DNA of 63,847 nucleotides, filler included, from Octopus bimaculoides (lineage: Eukaryota): the NCBI RefSeq assembly GCF_001194135.2. It is 6 parts of 6 records of this genome, joined end to end, with 100 filler letters (N's around TTAATTAATTAA, not from the genome) between each part and the next. Parts side by side here need not be neighbours in the genome. Positions count along the whole stretch, not along the records: positions 25,851 to 41,902 come from NC_068992.1; positions 42,003 to 49,443 come from NC_068989.1; 4 more parts are not named here. The stretch is one strand, 5' to 3'. Positions within the stretch are counted from its first letter, which is position 1; each line of letters begins with the position of its first letter. Position numbers and translations under genes: made by a program. Under the pieces are notes generated by a model. That model worked only from the letters and a program-made list of their open reading frames with translations, was not told the origin of the DNA and did not search any database. Below are positions 33,960 through 46,379 of this stretch, in pieces.

Positions 33960-36788
33960 CTTGGCGTTGTTGAAAAGCTGGGCACTTTGTACCCCGGATG
34001 GTTGCCTTTGACCTCCTAAGGCAATAAAAACTGGAGATAAAATTCTTTCTGTACCAAAAACAAGGCGTGCGCGCACGTGCCCCCACACACAGAAGTTTGT
34101 GTGTGTGTATGTATGTGTGTGTATCTATCTATGCACATATACAGAGATACAGATATTGTTTGCTCACTGTCACCAAACATCTCAATTCTTCAGTTGTAAC
34201 TAGTTTGTGATCGAGTTATTTTATTTTGCAAGGTACCATTTCCCCTTGAATTTGTGATTTTAGAGAAAGGTAAGAAATTCTTCATATTTTGAAACCTTGG
34301 TATTTTGACTTTACAGTTTGAATTGCACTATTGGCTATCCAATCGAAATATCGTAAGAGCTAATACTGAAATATAGAATTTAAAAAAGGCTTTTTCGACT
34401 GTTATCAAGTCTTTGAGAACATTCACGTCTATTTTTTCCAAAAATATATAATTTGAAATAGTTTGCTTTTGTTTTAGATAGCAATTTTTTTGTATTTCAA
34501 TGTTCTTGAATAAATGTCGGATGCAAAAGCTGAGACAACTACACTTCGCATATTGAAAAGCTTGTCTTCTGGCATTTGTGAGTCCCTTGAATAAATAATC
34601 AGCCCTATTAAATATTGGCCTTCTTAAACATGAAATAATACGATAGTTCCAGCCCTAAATATATTTAACTTGTTGTACTTTTAAAGATGTTATTTAGGAT
34701 AATGTGAAATAGTGAATTTCAGATAGAATAAAGTAAAATATAGCTATGAATAAAAGCTGCGTAAATTATGAATTTTGACTGAAGAGAAACAAAAAGTTCT
34801 AGGGAGCCTCTAAAACTTATGCGACGGCCCTAGTTACAGTCACCCGTTTAAATGTGGAAGTGTTGTTCATCTTCGTGTTATTAGAATTTACATTACTAGT
34901 CCTTCTATCGTTTTCTTGTAGTACTGATTCTGATTGCGGATTGTGCTTTTATGTTTAGAGAGAAAGTTCATGGAAGTGTTTCATACATTCAGTTATTCCG
35001 AAGAGTGAAGAATTTAACATTTTAAAGCTATGTCTTTTGTCTTGATATGAAAATGTGAGAAAGAAATTAGTTTTGTAATTTGTATGGTAGAAAGACACAA
35101 AATAAATGATTGTTCAAGTGAGACACTGAAATTAATAGAGAATGGTTAGAAAGAAAGAGAGAGAGAGAGTGTGTGAGAAAGGGGGAGAGGGAGGCAAAGA
35201 AAAAGGCAGAGAGAGGGGGAGAACGAATGAAGAGAAATAAAGAAAGAAAAAGATAAAGAAATGTGAGGGGTGATATGAGAGAGTCAGCAGTCTGGAATAG
35301 GTACGAACAAAAAAGGTAAAAGCTAAAAACGGAGCAAAGTAATAAGGCAAAAAGGAAACTGTGTCTATGAGTGAAGAATAAAAAGTGGAGAGTGTTAACC
35401 GAAAACTGATAAAATACCAAAAATACTAAATTTAAGAAAAAAGTCATCCATGGAATATTCTGAAATTACAGAGGTGGTGATATGGTGATAAAGTAGTCTA
35501 TGTATGAAAAGATGAATGGAATGGAATATAAAATATCTTTATTTCAGCTACATTTTGACAGATAGTTCTGAAACTATAAATTTCATCATGAAACGCAGGA
35601 ACTATATTTTTTTTCCGTTGAAATTTGTCAAATGTTAATATCCTTCAGTAGGAGTTATTCGAGTATGAAATGGAGAGAAACCTTACATAATCAAATTACT
35701 TGAAGCGAAGAAATATAATAAAAAAAAAAAAGAATCTTCAAAGAAATAATATAATAAAGAAGTATCGTTCTACACATGCAAATTCTAGTAAAAATAGAAA
35801 CGAAGTCAAACGATTTTGGTAAAGTAAAAGAAAATGGAAATAAGAGTAGAACCAAAATGCATTTGAAAATTACAAAAATAAAATCACGTGATCATTAGTG
35901 ATAAAATGACAATGGACAATTTTCTGGGTGCTTTTTTTTTTTCTTTTTAAGAAAAAAATTACCCGAATTTTAACAGATACTGCATTGCGAATCATCAAAA
36001 CTTTATTTCACACACACATATATATNNNNNNNNNNNNNNNNNNNNNNNNNNNNNNNNNNNNNNNNNNNNNNNNNNNNNNNNNNNNNNNNNNNNNNNNNNN
36101 NNNNNNNNNNNNNNNNNNNNNNNNNNNNNNNNNNNNNNNNNNNNNNNNNNNNNNNNNNNNNNNNNNNNNNNNNNNNNNNNNNNNNNNNNNNNNNNNNNNN
36201 NNNNNNNNNNNNNNNNNNNNNNNNNNNNNNNNNNNNNNNNNNNNNNNNNNNNNNNNNNNNNNNNNNNNNNNNNNNNNNNNNNNNNNNNNNNNNNNNNNNN
36301 NNNNNNNNNNNNTATATATATATACATACATACATACATATATATATATATATGTATATATATATATGTATGTGTGTGTGTGAGAGAGAGAGTACACACA
36401 TATGTATTCACGTACACATGTATATCTCAAAATACAAGAAACTGTACACAATAACCTAAATTTGTTTGACCGAATATATCTGTTCATATAAGCAAACGCA
36501 TGCGTACGACTGTATCATTCTCTCTATATTCATTAAGTGTTGCGTGTGAGCGCATTTGTGTATGGATATTTGCGTGTGTTAAGAATATCATTCGTATATG
36601 AGTAAGAGGAATCTTAATGTATGCATGTGTCTAGCTGTGTGTTTATCTGTCTTCGGGCGTGAATGTTTATTATATGAGAACCGTGAAGGAATATTTGTTC
36701 AAGGGTTCGATATCTATTGTTGCTGTTATTGTTCTGACCTTGTTGCCGTTGTTGACGTAATTGTTGTAAATGTTATTATTGTTATGAA

Positions 36789-37850
36789 AGGCGGGGAGCT
36801 GGCAGAATCGTTAGCACGCCGGACGAAATGCTTAGCGGTTCGTCTGCCGTTACGTTCTGAGTTCAAATTCCGCCGAGGTCGACTTTGCCTTTCATCCTTT
36901 CGGGGTCGATAAATTAAGTACCAGTTACGCACTGGGTCGATGTAATCGACTTAATCCGTTCGTCTGTTCTTGTTTGTTCCCTCTATGTTTAGCCCCTTGT
37001 GGGCAATAACGAAATAGGTATTTCGTCTGCCGTTACATTCTGAGTTCAAATTCCGCCAAGGTCGAGTTTGCTTTCGTTCTTTCGGGGTTCATTAAATAAG
37101 TACCAGTAATGCACTGCCGTCGATGTAATCGACTTAATCCCTTTTTCTGTTCGTTTGTCCCCTCTATGTTTAGCCCTTTGTGGGCAATAAAGAAATAAGA
37201 AAAGTTAGCACGCCGGGTGGTCTGCTTTTACGTTCCCAGTTCAAATTCCGCCAAGGCCAACCATGCCTTTCATCNNNNNNNNNNNNNNNNNNNNNNNNNN
37301 NNNNNNNNNNNNNNNNNNNNNNNNNNNNNNNNNNNTGTGCCTAGATTAGAATAGGTTATTATGTCAGGCGAAATACTTAGCGGTATTTCGTCTATCTTTA
37401 CGTTCTGAGTTCAAATTCTGCCGAGTTCGATTTTGCCTTTCATCCATTCGGAAATGATAAATTAAGTAATAGTTGCGTACTGGGGTCGATCTAATCGACT
37501 GGCCCCTTCTCCCAAAATTTCGGGACTTGTGCCTAGAGTAGAAAAAGGTTATTGTTATGACGGCGACAATTTGGCAGTATCGCTAGCACGCTGGATAAAA
37601 TAGTTTACGGCATTTTGTCGTCTCTACGTTCTGAGTTCAAATTCCGCGTAGGTCCACTTTGCCTTTTATCCTTTCAGGGTCGATGAAATATGTACTAGTT
37701 AAACCCTGGGGTCTATTTAATCGATTGATCCCCTCATTGCAAATTTCAGACCTTGTGATTATAGTAGGAAGGATTATTATAGTTACTAAGGCAGCGACTT
37801 GCGGAATCGTTTACATGTTGGTCACCGGATGTCATCGCATCACCTCTTCC
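36789..37850 (+). repeat. Head-to-tail array of at least 5 SINE family B copies
   Basis: Repeated gttagcacgc..g...cgtctg...(t)acgttctgagttcaaattc(c)gcc...gactttgcctttcatcc...ggggtcgat; A box tggcagaatcg and B box gagttcaaattcc. Confidence 0.88.
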
Positions 37851-38299
37851 CTCAGAATTGCTAGACTTCTGTGTCAAAATTACTCTATTTTGGAAGAGAC
37901 AAAATATTAAAGAATAATTCTAAGCCCATTTCATTTACCCACCAATAGTATTTTAGCATCACTACTTCTGTGGCCTTTCTCAATGAAAATATAATTTCAA
38001 ATGATTTAGATTTTAAACTGATTTTCCTCTGTTATGTTATAATCTCCAGCCCAAAACGTGTGAGCTGGTGATGTTGTATAAAATTAGTGATTATTTCATA
38101 TTTTATCATTTATTTCCTTTTGTCGATGTTGACATTAGAATATGCTTGTGTATGTCTGCTTGTAGGCGTATATTTGTATATATGTGTCTAGTTGTTGACT
38201 TTAATCGATTTTAGTTTTACTATATCCTTATGCTTCTATTACTATAGTGATGGGTTGTTGCTAAGGGACTTTGTTATACCATTGATTCTTTATATCGAG

Positions 38300-39650
38300 T
38301 GTGTATGAGGGGTACGTTTTGTACTTGTACCACGTCTGTGCTTCAGTGTTGGATCTTTTGCTTCTCTGAAAACATTTTCTGTTGAATCCATTCTGTTTCT
38401 GTACAGCATCTAGATAGAGTACAGATGTTTGCTTCCCATTACATTCTCGCCAGTGGTTTACAATCCTTCACCCAAACTACGGGCTGATCCGCCTTTATAG
38501 TTTGTGGCGATGTCCCTGCATTGCTTTTTCATGCACCTCATTTAGTTTAATAACGTCTAGCTTTTCTGATTATATCTGGTTTATTTGTCCCCACGCTGCA
38601 TTTGGTGTGAGTGCAAGGTATTTTATGAAACCGCTCTGACTTACATAATGGTGATTTTATGGATCTTGCTGCTTTTCAATAAATTGATTTTAAAATTTGA
38701 TTTTGTAACTTAGAATGCTTCACTAAAAAAAAAATATTTGAAAGCAAATTCACTTCTGGGTGTAGCATCAACAAACATAATGTCCAGGAATCTGGTTTCG
38801 CTACACCAAGAATTTCATTGTCCAACTTTTTCTCTCTTTCTAAACTGTTGCAGTATTTGTCACAGAACATAAGGCACACTCCATTATTTGTATCGTTGTT
38901 GACGATGTTTTCAAGCTTTTGTAGTTCATCTATATATTCTGATCCAGTCGTATTGGTTTTATCCGGAAAATGGAGATGGCATACAGTGGATGAAATTCGG
39001 CACATACTTTATCAGTTCCAGATTAATATTTCATGAACTAGATAGAGCTGCAATCAAGATGTTTATTTTTGTAATTGCTAATACAGCAGAGTTTCTGTAG
39101 TTCTCATAACAATACAAATAGATTTCTTTCTTGCTTCTATTTTCCATCCATATTTCCTTACCTAGAACAGATAATCTCTAAAGGTAAAGATGTCTGTATT
39201 AGATCATGATTGAGTGGCTTAAACTTCCACCGGACTCTAACATACCATGAATAAGTTGGTTACGTCATATGCTATGACGTCAGCAATGGCTGCAGCCTTC
39301 TCGCGATTGCATTATTTATTATAAAATTTAAATGCAACATTCAGTGTCATTTTTTTCTGCAATATCTTTTCTATTTGTCGCGGTCCATTGGTGTTGAGAT
39401 GGATTTTGTCCATCCCTTCAATCTGTCAATTAAGGATGTTGTTAACAACCAAAGCAATGGCAGGTAGGGTAGCTTGTTCTGGTCTGCTGGAGCAAACAAT
39501 TTTCAGATCGCGTTTGCTTAAGTCTCCTTATTAAAGTTTTATGAGAAGTTTTAACTCATTGACATTAACAACGTGCAACACTATATAACCCTTAAATTAT
39601 CTCTTTACATCCGCAAAATCAATACCACTTTATGGTCAGTGTGTTATTAA
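38300..39650 (-). mobile_element. Possible highly degraded LINE (SGNH-esterase ORF1 plus APE-like remnants, CR1/L2-type)
   Basis: 39630-39350 reads SGIDFADV...IVLHVVNVNE...DKIHLNTNG with stops; about 38990-38850 reads EYIDELQKLENIV...GVCLMFCD; about 38480 reads QPVVWVKDCK. Confidence 0.4.
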
Positions 39651-39784
39651 TTTCACACTGAATAAAATGCAACCTGTAAAATCATTGATTCTGCTGTGCA
39701 TTGACTTTGTGACAGCACTATGGCAGTGCTGTCAGGTATGTCAGGAAATATCCCTATCAGTGGCGTATTAATATTGAAAGAAAT

Positions 39785-40400
39785 ATTCCCCAAGGTTGAC
39801 TTTGCCTTTCATCTTTTCGGGGTCAATATATTAAGTACTACAATGCTTACTGGGGTCGATCGAATCGACTGGCCAGCTCACCAAAAATTTCGGGCCCTCT
39901 GCTTATAGTAGAAAAGAATATAATTTAAGGCGGCGAGCTGGCAGAAACGTTAGCACGCCGGGCGAAATGCTTAGCAGTATTTCGTCTGTATTTACGTCCT
40001 GAGTGCAAATTCTGCCGCGGTCGACTTTGCCTTTCATCATTTCGGGGGCGATAAATTAAGTACCAGTTGCGTGTTGGGGTCGATCTAGAGTAGAAAAAAA
40101 TATTGAGAGAAATATGAGAGTATGTAGTGTCATGGTACAGATCACTTAACAGGAGTTTCAGAGGTAAGGGTTTCGAATGTTTGTAGCGGTTTGCTAGCCA
40201 AGTTTTAGAAGGCGGTAAGCTGGATGAATCATTAGCACGCTGGGCAAAGTTTTGCCTACACTCTGAGTTCAAATTGCACCGAGGTCTACTTTCGGAGTAG
40301 ATGAAATAGGTACTAATGAAGCACTAGGGTCTATGTAATAGACTTATCTCTCCTTCGAAATTGCTAGCCTTGTACCAAAATTTTAGACCAGTATGACAGT
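39785..40400 (+). repeat. Three further SINE family B copies
   Basis: Copies start near 39790 (3' part), 39928 and 40210, with the same A/B boxes and ggggtcgat core. Confidence 0.8.
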
Positions 40401-40754
40401 TTGTAGTAGGTAGCACCAGAAGCTGATCTGACTGATGTGGTCAAGGAAAAGACCACATAAATAGAGGGGCGAAAATATTGGTTTTGGTAAGGGAGAGGTG
40501 GGAGAAAAATGAAGAAAAAGGTATTGATAATCAGTGATGGTGGATTAACTGGCCGAAACGTCAGAGTCACTATCAATACTATTCTTGTTAGAGAATAATA
40601 AATTTGCTCTCTGCCAAATATACTCAGTCATCCTTCAGTTTCATGTAAAATAGCTTTTATAATTTATGCATGGGTGTTAACTTCTGTGTGTGTATTTATG
40701 ATGTCTAATAGGTTAAACTATCCTCAAACGATGACCAGTTACTCTGTCTCTTCT

Positions 40755-41138
40755 ACTCTTTTACTTGTTTCAGTCATTTGACTGTGGCCATGCTGGAGCA
40801 CCGCCTTTAGTCGAGCAAATCGACCCCAGGACTTATTCTTTGTAAGCCTAGTACTTATTCTATCGGTCCCTTTTGCCGAACCGCTAAGTTACGGGGACGT
40901 ACACACAGCAGCATCGGTTGTCAAGCGATGTTGGGGGGACAAACACAGACACACAAACAGACATATATATATACATATATACGACGGGCTTCTTTCAGTT
41001 TCCGTCGACCAAATCCACTCACAAGGCTTTGGTCGGCCCGAGGCTATAGTCGAAGACACTTGCCCAAGATGCCACGCAATGGGAGTGAACCCGGATCCAT
41101 GTGACTGGTAAGTAAACTACTTACCACACAGCCACTCC
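40755..41138 (-). mobile_element. Full-length, near-consensus SINE family A
   Basis: Reverse complement reads ggagtggctgtgtggtaag...ggttcactcccattgcgtggcatcttgggcaag...gaaactgaaagaagcccgtcg...ggggtcgatttgctcgactaaaggcggtgctccagcatggccacagtc...gtaaaagag. Confidence 0.9.
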
Positions 41139-41902
41139 TGAAGTTCTCAATTTTTTCAAGAATATTCCATTAAATATTACGATAAATTCCTATTGTTTCG
41201 ATCTTCCTTATGATTCATGATTACCGCCATCAGTTTATCGATTTACCGCATTATCAATTTATTTACTTATTCATTTATTTGTCTATCAATGTCTTCTGAT
41301 TTTCTTCATTTCTGTTTTCTCTCTGTCATTCTTATCTTTGTTTTATATTGGTCTATATATTCACCTATAAACAATATTGAATGAAGAAACCAATCAGTGG
41401 AATCAACTAGATATCAATCACATACTGATGATATCAATAATTAACTATATCAGTTTTACTCTTCTCTTTTATGCACTCCACCACATATCTATACAGTGAC
41501 ATGCATATATACAAAAATACATCCACACACACACACACACATACACAAACACACTCACTCAGAGACACACACACATATATTTACAAACATTTGTTTTTAT
41601 ATTGATAAAAAAGAGCAATTTTATATTAAATTGAATTTTTCAAAACATTTGTTAGAGTACAACATAATTATTCTGGAACAAAAAAAGTATTGACAGTAAC
41701 GTCGAAGCTTCGTTCGTTCATGCCAGCGTTAGATTGTAAATCCTTTAAGTTCATCTTGGTTTTCTATAGTCTCCATCTAGCTAACAATTTTCCAGAGTAA
41801 CCTGCGTCCTGCTGAATTATAATTATACTCTATATTGTGTTACTAACTGGTATAAAATATTATTATCGATTAAATTAGAGAAATTTTTCGTACATGCATA
41901 TA

Positions 41903-42002
41903 NNNNNNNNNNNNNNNNNNNNNNNNNNNNNNNNNNNNNNNNNNNNTTAATTAATTAANNNNNNNNNNNNNNNNNNNNNNNNNNNNNNNNNNNNNNNNNN
42001 NN
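41903..42002. other. Artificial assembly spacer
   Basis: 44N-TTAATTAATTAA-44N. Confidence 0.95.
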
Positions 42003-42105
42003 ATATATATATATATATATACACATATATATATATATATATACACACATATATATATATATATACACATATATATATATATATATATACACATATATAT
42101 ATATA

Positions 42106-42141
<36 letters not shown>

Positions 42142-42169
42142 TATACACATATATATATTCATATATATA

Positions 42170-42920
42170 GGTGTTCCAAAATCAACCATCCACAAAATCC
42201 TGGTTGAGGAAAAGTTCCATCCATACAAGCTACAGATATTGCATCACTTAAATGAAGACGACCCTGATAGACGAATGGAGATGTGCGAATGGTTTTCAGA
42301 TAAATTGGATGAAAATATCAATTTTACTAAAAACTTTGTGTTGTTCAATGATGAAGTTAAGTTTTATGTAGACAGACAGAAACTTCGATACTGGTCTCGA
42401 GGTAATCCACATTGGATGGATACATCCAAACAGCAAGGCAGCAAAAAGGTGATGGTGTGGTGTGGTTTGTGGAAAGCTCATGTGCTAGGCCCCTTCTTCT
42501 TTAATGAACATGTAACAGGTGAGACTTGAGAGACAAATTAATACCTGAAATTGGGCGCCTAGGCGAGGGACTTCCGAATTGGTTTCAGCTGGATGGGGCC
42601 CCTGCCCATTTTGCCACAATTGTTAGAGATAGGCTTAATGACACTTTTCCTCACTGGATTGGAAGAAGGGGTCATGTAGAATGGCCCCTCGTTCACCAGA
42701 CCTTTCTCCCCTTGATTTGTTTTTCTGGGGTATGTTGAAAGAGAAAGTTTAGTCAATAAAGATTAGAGATTTAAACCACATGAGAGAACGCATTACCAGT
42801 CAGTGTGCTGAAATTGATGGCAATGTAGACTTATTTAATCGAGTTCACCTGAATTTTGCAAGACGCATCAGGTTATGCATTGAAAATGATGGAAATCATT
42901 TTGAAAATTTTATTTATTAA
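42170..42920 (+). mobile_element. Tc1/mariner-superfamily transposase pseudogene, DD41D (rosa)-like
   Basis: [39 protein letters not shown]...VLFNDE...RYWS..NPHW...KVMVWCGL...GPFFF...WFQLDGAPAHFA...WIGRRG..EWP[fs]RSPDLSPLDLFFWGMLKEKV...CIENDGNHFE; stop at 42918. Confidence 0.9.
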
Positions 42921-42989
42921 CATTATAATTAAATAAAATTGTTTTGTTTTAAAAGTATGCGTTAATCCCCATGTACCCAGTCTTTGTGG

Positions 42990-43231
42990 ACAGATTCAAA
43001 AGCCAAGGAAAAGAATCAACAGATTCTTATCCCGGTCGACCTGGGCTCTCGGAAAGGAAGCTTCGCTGTTTCAAGAGAATTGTGAAAAACAAGACCTGTA
43101 CAAAGGCATCTGACATTACAAAACAGCTAGAAGTTAGTCCAAGACTGTGTGTTAAATATCTGCAAAAATTTCGGAATTATGGACGAGCAACTAGAAGAAA
43201 ACCTCTCGTTCGCACAATTAAAATCAAATAA
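42990..43231 (+). mobile_element. Tc1-like transposase N-terminal HTH fragment
   Basis: PGRPGLSERKLRCFKRIVKNKTCTKASDITKQLEVSPRLCVKYLQKFRNYGRATRRKPL (GRP..LS.R...RI.K...S..TV...L.K....R..RKPL pattern). Confidence 0.75.
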
Positions 43232-43807
43232 AAGATTTTGAAAATTACAGGTGTCTATTTACTTCCAGAATGTCTGTGTATATACATATATACATACATC
43301 ATCATCATCATCATCATCATCGTTTAACNNNNNNNNNNNNNNNNNNNNNNNNNNNNNNNNNNNNNNNNNNNNNNNNNNNNNNNNNNNNNNNNNNNNNNNN
43401 NNNNNNNNNNNNNNNNNNNNNNNNNNNNATATATGTATGTAGGTATGTATGTATACTAAAACAGAATGTGCGTGGAAGGGGAATTTGGCTGCTTTATCTA
43501 ACAGGTCAAACAATCACGTAGAGCTATCACCACCACCCCCGCCTCGTCTGTCATTTTGCTGTCCTGTAGGTGCTATAATCAACGTTACACGACCTTACAT
43601 AATTGAAAATAAATATTGAACGATCATAGTAAATACATCTACTTAATTTAATACAGAAGATAAAAATGAATGCGCATATGTATTATACATAATAACATCG
43701 CTTCCTTAATGAGACACCATACATAAGTGTGAGTGTGTCAACAAAGCATACCCGACACCCTTCCCATATAAGTAAGCGCACGATTACACTGGATAAAGTG
43801 GAACGAA

Positions 43808-43950
43808 ATTTGCATGGCATAACATCGATTAGCAGAGGATGTGGGAGATAGAGAGAGAGGGGTGAATGTCGACAGAAAAAGCTGACAACTGTATTATTTA
43901 TATAAAAGTATAGAAGCCGCCAACACACCACTTGTAGGTGTTCAGTCGCA
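43808..43950 (+). promoter_or_regulatory. Candidate TATA-type core promoter
   Basis: Octamer ATTTGCAT at 43808, TATAAAAG at 43901, Inr-like CCACTT with A at 43930 (29 nt downstream). No associated gene found. Confidence 0.25.
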
Positions 43951-45398
43951 CTTTCATCGTGAAGGACATAAATATTTAAGATTTAATTGCGGCAAAAAAA
44001 AATAATAATCAGACGACATTGATTTTCAGCGATATGTCTTCTCCATAAACACGTTTCTTCACCCAGTTGTTCAAGGACCATATTCCTGCTTCTCCAATGT
44101 TTCCTTGTAAAGTACTGTAGAATCTTAAACTGCTATCATATCTCTCTCTCTCTCTCTCTCTCTCTCGTGTGACTGTGGTGGAGTACTTTCGGTTAACATA
44201 TCGAAAATGTGTTGGTGGAAGCGGTTATAACTGATTCTTATATAGGCAAAAGGCCAGCAGTCTTGCAGGTAGGGGTTAGTCGATGTCATCGACCTAAATA
44301 CTTATCTGATACGTTATTCTATCGATGAAAGGCAACGTTGACTTCAGCGGGATTTGAACTCAGAATGTAAAGAACCGAAACAAATACCACTCTGATGATT
44401 CTGTCAATCCAAGGCCTTCGGTGCTATAATGATTATGTATTACTACAAACACGCAAGCAGACATACGTATGAATGCGTAGACACTGACGAACAAAATTTA
44501 GAGATAATAGAGAGAGAGAGATGAATTTTTAAAATTTATTCTCGAAGACAAAGAAAGAAATATTTATTGTTGTTTAGTCCTAGGACAGCCGCGAGTGAAT
44601 AGAGTCAGTATAAAAGGCGTTCAAGCCACAAATATCTTGTTCTTTTCTTGTGCACTACATACTTTGGACTACACTACCCTCCCTGTTGTTCTTAAGATAG
44701 TAGCGAGAGATTTTAAGAGAGATTTGCTAGCTATTTCTAGCAGGTCGGCCGATTACATACAAACTCTGTCTTGGACTCATCTGTCGAGCAGACAAATCAA
44801 TGATCAAGCGCAATCCAGCAATGACTATCCTGTCTTTTTATGGCTTTATATAATACTCTGTTATCCAGTATGTATCCTTCCCGTCTTTTATTTTAAAAGA
44901 TGGTTAGTGTAATACGTGGAAGATTACTGCTGTTGTTTCTAGCGAGTTGAGCGACTGTGTAGAAGCTTCTTAAGTATTCTTCTACAGTACTCTAGTTTCT
45001 TACCCAATCTTAGTACATACTCTGTGGAGTATACACGTGTGAGAGTAGTAAAAGCGGTATATGTGTGTAGTGTGAGTGTGTGTATATGTGTATCAATAAT
45101 CGATAAATGAATCGATGGTGAAGTAACAGTGGAAGAAGTAGTGTTTCAGTATGGTATTACAGAGGACGATAGGACGACTGCTTTCAATGAAACAAGATCA
45201 ATATGTTGGAGTAAATAATAGAATAGTAGTAACTTCCCGACCCTGCACACAGCATGCTTAATACATGTTGTTTCCGGGAATTGAAACAAAATGTAGCAAA
45301 CATGTTCCAATGAATCAGAGACGGGGGCATTTCACTGAACGGGAGATCTGCTGGTAATAGCCGCCAAATGTCCTCTTAAAATCTTACGGCACCGTTTA

Positions 45399-45430
<32 letters not shown>

Positions 45431-46033
45431 GACCCATTGAATAATATAATTCCTTATTCACTATACCTGAAATTCTAAAAAATGGAATGGTCACGACTAA
45501 AATATGTATGATTATAGGTCCGCTCATAGTGACACACCTGAAGCTAATCAGGCCTGATACACACTGGAAGCAAATAATAATAATAATATATATATGCCAT
45601 ATGTGTGTGTGTGTGTGTGTGTGCGTGCACGTGTTCCTTTATACATATATATTAATAATATCAATAATTTATCTTATGAAAACAACATATTTCCGAAAAA
45701 CATCATGTATTATACAAACGCACATGTTGGGATAACATACACACATACACCGCACGCCAAATATATGCATATGTGTGTACGTGGTGTGTCTACATTACAT
45801 ATGCACTATATGTGTGTGCGTGCGTGTATTCTAGGCCTTTATTTGTATACATAAGTGCGGGTGTTAGGGTGTATACAGCCGATTTCTGAAACATGTTTCA
45901 AAATGTATTAAAGGGTGGATTTTAGCTCAATTTCTTTTTTAGTTTGTCTCACAGTCACCACCCGTATATCTTTCCCTCTGCAACATTCTCTTTTCTCTCA
46001 ATCTGTTCAATATACCCCCTCACCCATATATAT

Positions 46034-46100
<67 letters not shown>

Positions 46101-46379
46101 AAATGGGTATGGAGCTGTCTGCAATAACCACCCATACCCTACATGAAACACTAGAAGACAATTTCGCAACAAGTGTTTATCGAGTGAAACAGAATAATAA
46201 AACACCAACACGAAGACGTTACATAAAGATATCGCATCAGAAAAACAGAATGAAATTGTACTAAATAACTTACCAATGGTTTACTCTAAAGTTATGGCTG
46301 GATAACGTAAGATCTCCACTCTTGTAGCGGACATCTGCAATAAAACACTCCGTTACTCGCGATTTCTGTATCTGTTTCA

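Noticed and set aside
17225-37850. Repeated units (65-bp RTE subrepeats, SINE arrays) as a CRISPR-like array
   Set aside because: The units are long, diverged and lack unique spacers. There are no cas genes and the context is eukaryotic.
39720-39740. MAVLSG|gtatgt as a CNNM start exon
   Set aside because: Wrong strand relative to the gene, in a different assembly piece, and too short to supply the first transmembrane helix.
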